From the NCBI GenBank assembly GCA_000708835.1, contig DF237698.1:1-36998 (forward strand): DNA of 36,998 bases, in the 5' to 3' direction. The stretch comes from Klebsormidium nitens. Taxonomy: Eukaryota; Plantae; Klebsormidiophyceae. Below, one piece after another: positions 34,731 to 36,998 of this stretch (its first letter is position 1; each line of letters starts with the position of its first letter). Under the pieces are notes generated by a model. The model was given only the letters and a program-made list of their open reading frames with translations. It did no database searches and was not told the origin of the DNA. The position numbers were made by a program, and so were the translations under genes.

Positions 34731-36851
34731 ATGTCGAAACAAGCGGGAGAACTCAAAAGCCGAAGGGATGGCTATTGGGAGGGGCTGCTCCGCTGGTTCC
34801 TCACCCTCTGCCTGTTCCTCTTTGCGACATGTCTCTTTCTCTGCTTCCTGCTGATATTCACTGACGCCACCCATGGCTACCAGGCGCTGGTTTACGCACC
34901 GTCGGCATATGCTGGGGGTGCGATTCTGCATTGTGCTGCTGAACTTAGCAGCCGCAGGGGTGGGAATTGCCATCGCATCGGCTGCGGCTCTGCTGGCGAC
35001 GCAGGTGCGGAGCTATCTGCTGACTGTCCGGTGGCCTGAAGACCAGTGTCCGGTCGGCTCTGCAAAAGCCTAGCTTTGGCATGAGCAGCCTCAGCGCTGT
35101 CCGTGCTGGGCGCCTCGATGTGCCAGGGACCTTCCTGCTGGGGCTTTTACTATTGCTGAGCCTGGCTGTGGCCCAGGTTGTAGCCATTGTGGCAATTGGT
35201 ATCACCACAACTACCGAGCGGCACATTGAGGGGCACGTTGGCATAGAAGCCTTTGGCGCCTGCTCAACCCAGCTGACAGCGGAAACGATGCACGGAAATA
35301 CAGTATCTCTGGGCCCAACGGACACAGACGAACTGGTGTCTAGTGTTGCCGAATATGCCCTTCGGAGCCCCAAAGTACTGCTTGTTGGCGGAGACTCCAT
35401 TGCAAAGCTGTACAATAATGGGCAGACCAACTCATCAGGCAGGGAGGAAATAATCTGTCAACGCCCGGGCTATCTTTCCCTGAATCATGTACGTGCTGAA
35501 GCTCTGGAAGGGATTGCTTGCAGCACTGTAAGTGGTTGCTAAATGAAGTCTATACTCATTGCTTGCTTACATAAAGCAGTAAAGCATTGTTGCTTGCTTG
35601 GATCAAGCATACCAAACACACTGTCAAGCTTGGAAAGAGTGGACCTCTCAAAGCTTTCCTTGCAAGAACTTAGAGGTTGGACTGCATTCTGAGACTAAAC
35701 ATCTGATAGAAAGTGATTGCTCACGAGATAAGAACCTAAGAGCTGAAGAGCTAAGGGAGATAATCAGCCGAGACCTAACCTTCTGTCCCTCTCCTCTCAT
35801 GCAGACCGGTGGACCAGCGCAGCTGCCGATGAGAGGGATTCGTGGAAACCGGAGCTTGATTGTAGAAACGACAGCCTCACTTTACACGACATTTGCAAAC
35901 TGTACTCTTGGATCCGGGCGCTACGAAACCTTGGCACCTAGCACCCCGTGGTCAAGTCTGGGGCCCCCTATGAGTGAGACAAACGAAATCTCGCATTTCT
36001 GGTTCTGGTATGGCCTGGTGAAAGGTCCTCAGGGTGGGCAGGTGCTAGAGCTTCTCGGCATGGATTGCTCTTCGTACTTCTACTTAGCCGAGAAGAAGCG
36101 TCCCAAGCATGCCAACTGCTCCGTCATGTACTCATGCAACACGACGGTTTCCCTAACCAAAGAGCCCCTGAGTATCTCGCTCTTGGAGGGGGAGCAGCGG
36201 CAGTACACCCGAAACCTGTTGCCATCAGCACCGAATGGGACTGTGCTGACTGACCTTCACGGGGCGCTAGGGTCGTTTGACAATCTTCTGACCAATGTGT
36301 CCAAGTGGTCTAAGCAATATTATCTTCCGGGGATGGGGAACGCGGTCATCAAAACGATGCTGTTCCCGGGGCGGCCGTACTCCCTTGCGATCCAGGAGCC
36401 AGAAGGGCTGCTCGCAGCAATGTGGGCAGTCCAGGGCATTGCCAGTCGTTGGCAAGAGTGCAAAGTAGAGTGGGGTGAGCTGCCGGCGGGGGAAGACTTC
36501 TTGGTCCTGCATGTGATCCCTGGAGTTATGGGGCCCATTGCTGCGGCATTTGGCGTCGTTGCAGCGCTGCTCCTTATCGCGTCCTTACTTCTCGAGCTGA
36601 CCTCCAAGGTCAACCTCCCCTCCCATCCAGAGCTAGCTGTCCTGGCCCAGAGTTCGGAGCAGTGCCGGGTGTACATGCTGGGCTTCAGCAACGCACGCGA
36701 TAAGGACTGGGATAGGTGGACGAAGGAGCATGTGCTGCACGTGCATAACGAGGAGTCGGCCACGGGAGCGCCCCAATTGGCGCTGGCAATCGAAGGTACC
36801 CGTACCCGTGATACTTGGGTCTCTCACGGGCCGAAGGACTTGTACGGTTGA
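34731..36851 (+). CDS. Uncharacterised multi-pass membrane glycoprotein-like gene (3 N-terminal TM, large Cys/N-glycan-rich loop, C-terminal TM); 5' end frameshifted or split by ultra-short introns
   Basis: Exon ...35081-35527 splices (GT-AG, phase 0) to 35805-36851. Sequons NSS, NRS, NCT, NCS, NTT, NGT and NVS are present, with C-terminal TM VMGPIAAAFGVVAALLLIASLLLEL. Upstream hydrophobic segments lie in two other frames (from 34731 and about 34918). Confidence 0.7.
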
Positions 36852-36998
36852 GTACACATAAGCTTAGGGGTTGAGGCCTTCAAGAAATATCGTGTGATGC
36901 GAGAGCAAAGTGTGGGGTACTACACACCCCATACTCGTGTAGGGGGGTGTTGTTGATGTACCATTGCGTTGAGTGAACATAGGAACGTTGCATGTAAC

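Overview
Intron-rich eukaryotic genomic DNA with GT-AG introns. It is most likely from a streptophyte green alga such as Klebsormidium (inference: land-plant-like UBP26, cyclin L1 and VHA-e sit alongside the ciliary gene TMEM231). Most ORFs in the supplied track are exon fragments or antisense artefacts, so gene models were rebuilt by hand. In order along the window: a 6-exon aerolysin-like ETX/MTX2-type pore-forming protein (+); a 10-exon ubiquitin-specific protease UBP26/USP48 with a C-terminal RanBP2/NZF zinc finger and an intronic tandem array of copied acceptor+exon segments (-); V-ATPase subunit e (+); TMEM231 (-); a DUF971/GBBH-like N-terminal domain protein (+); an orphan single-pass membrane protein (-); cyclin L1 (+); a repeat-rich block at 31.2-34.2 kb (pseudogenised tyrosine recombinase of Polinton-like-virus/virophage type, tRNA-like element, CACTA-ended MITE); and a multi-TM glycoprotein-like gene whose 5' end runs through three reading frames (+). 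All homology calls come from motif recognition and recall, not from database searches.
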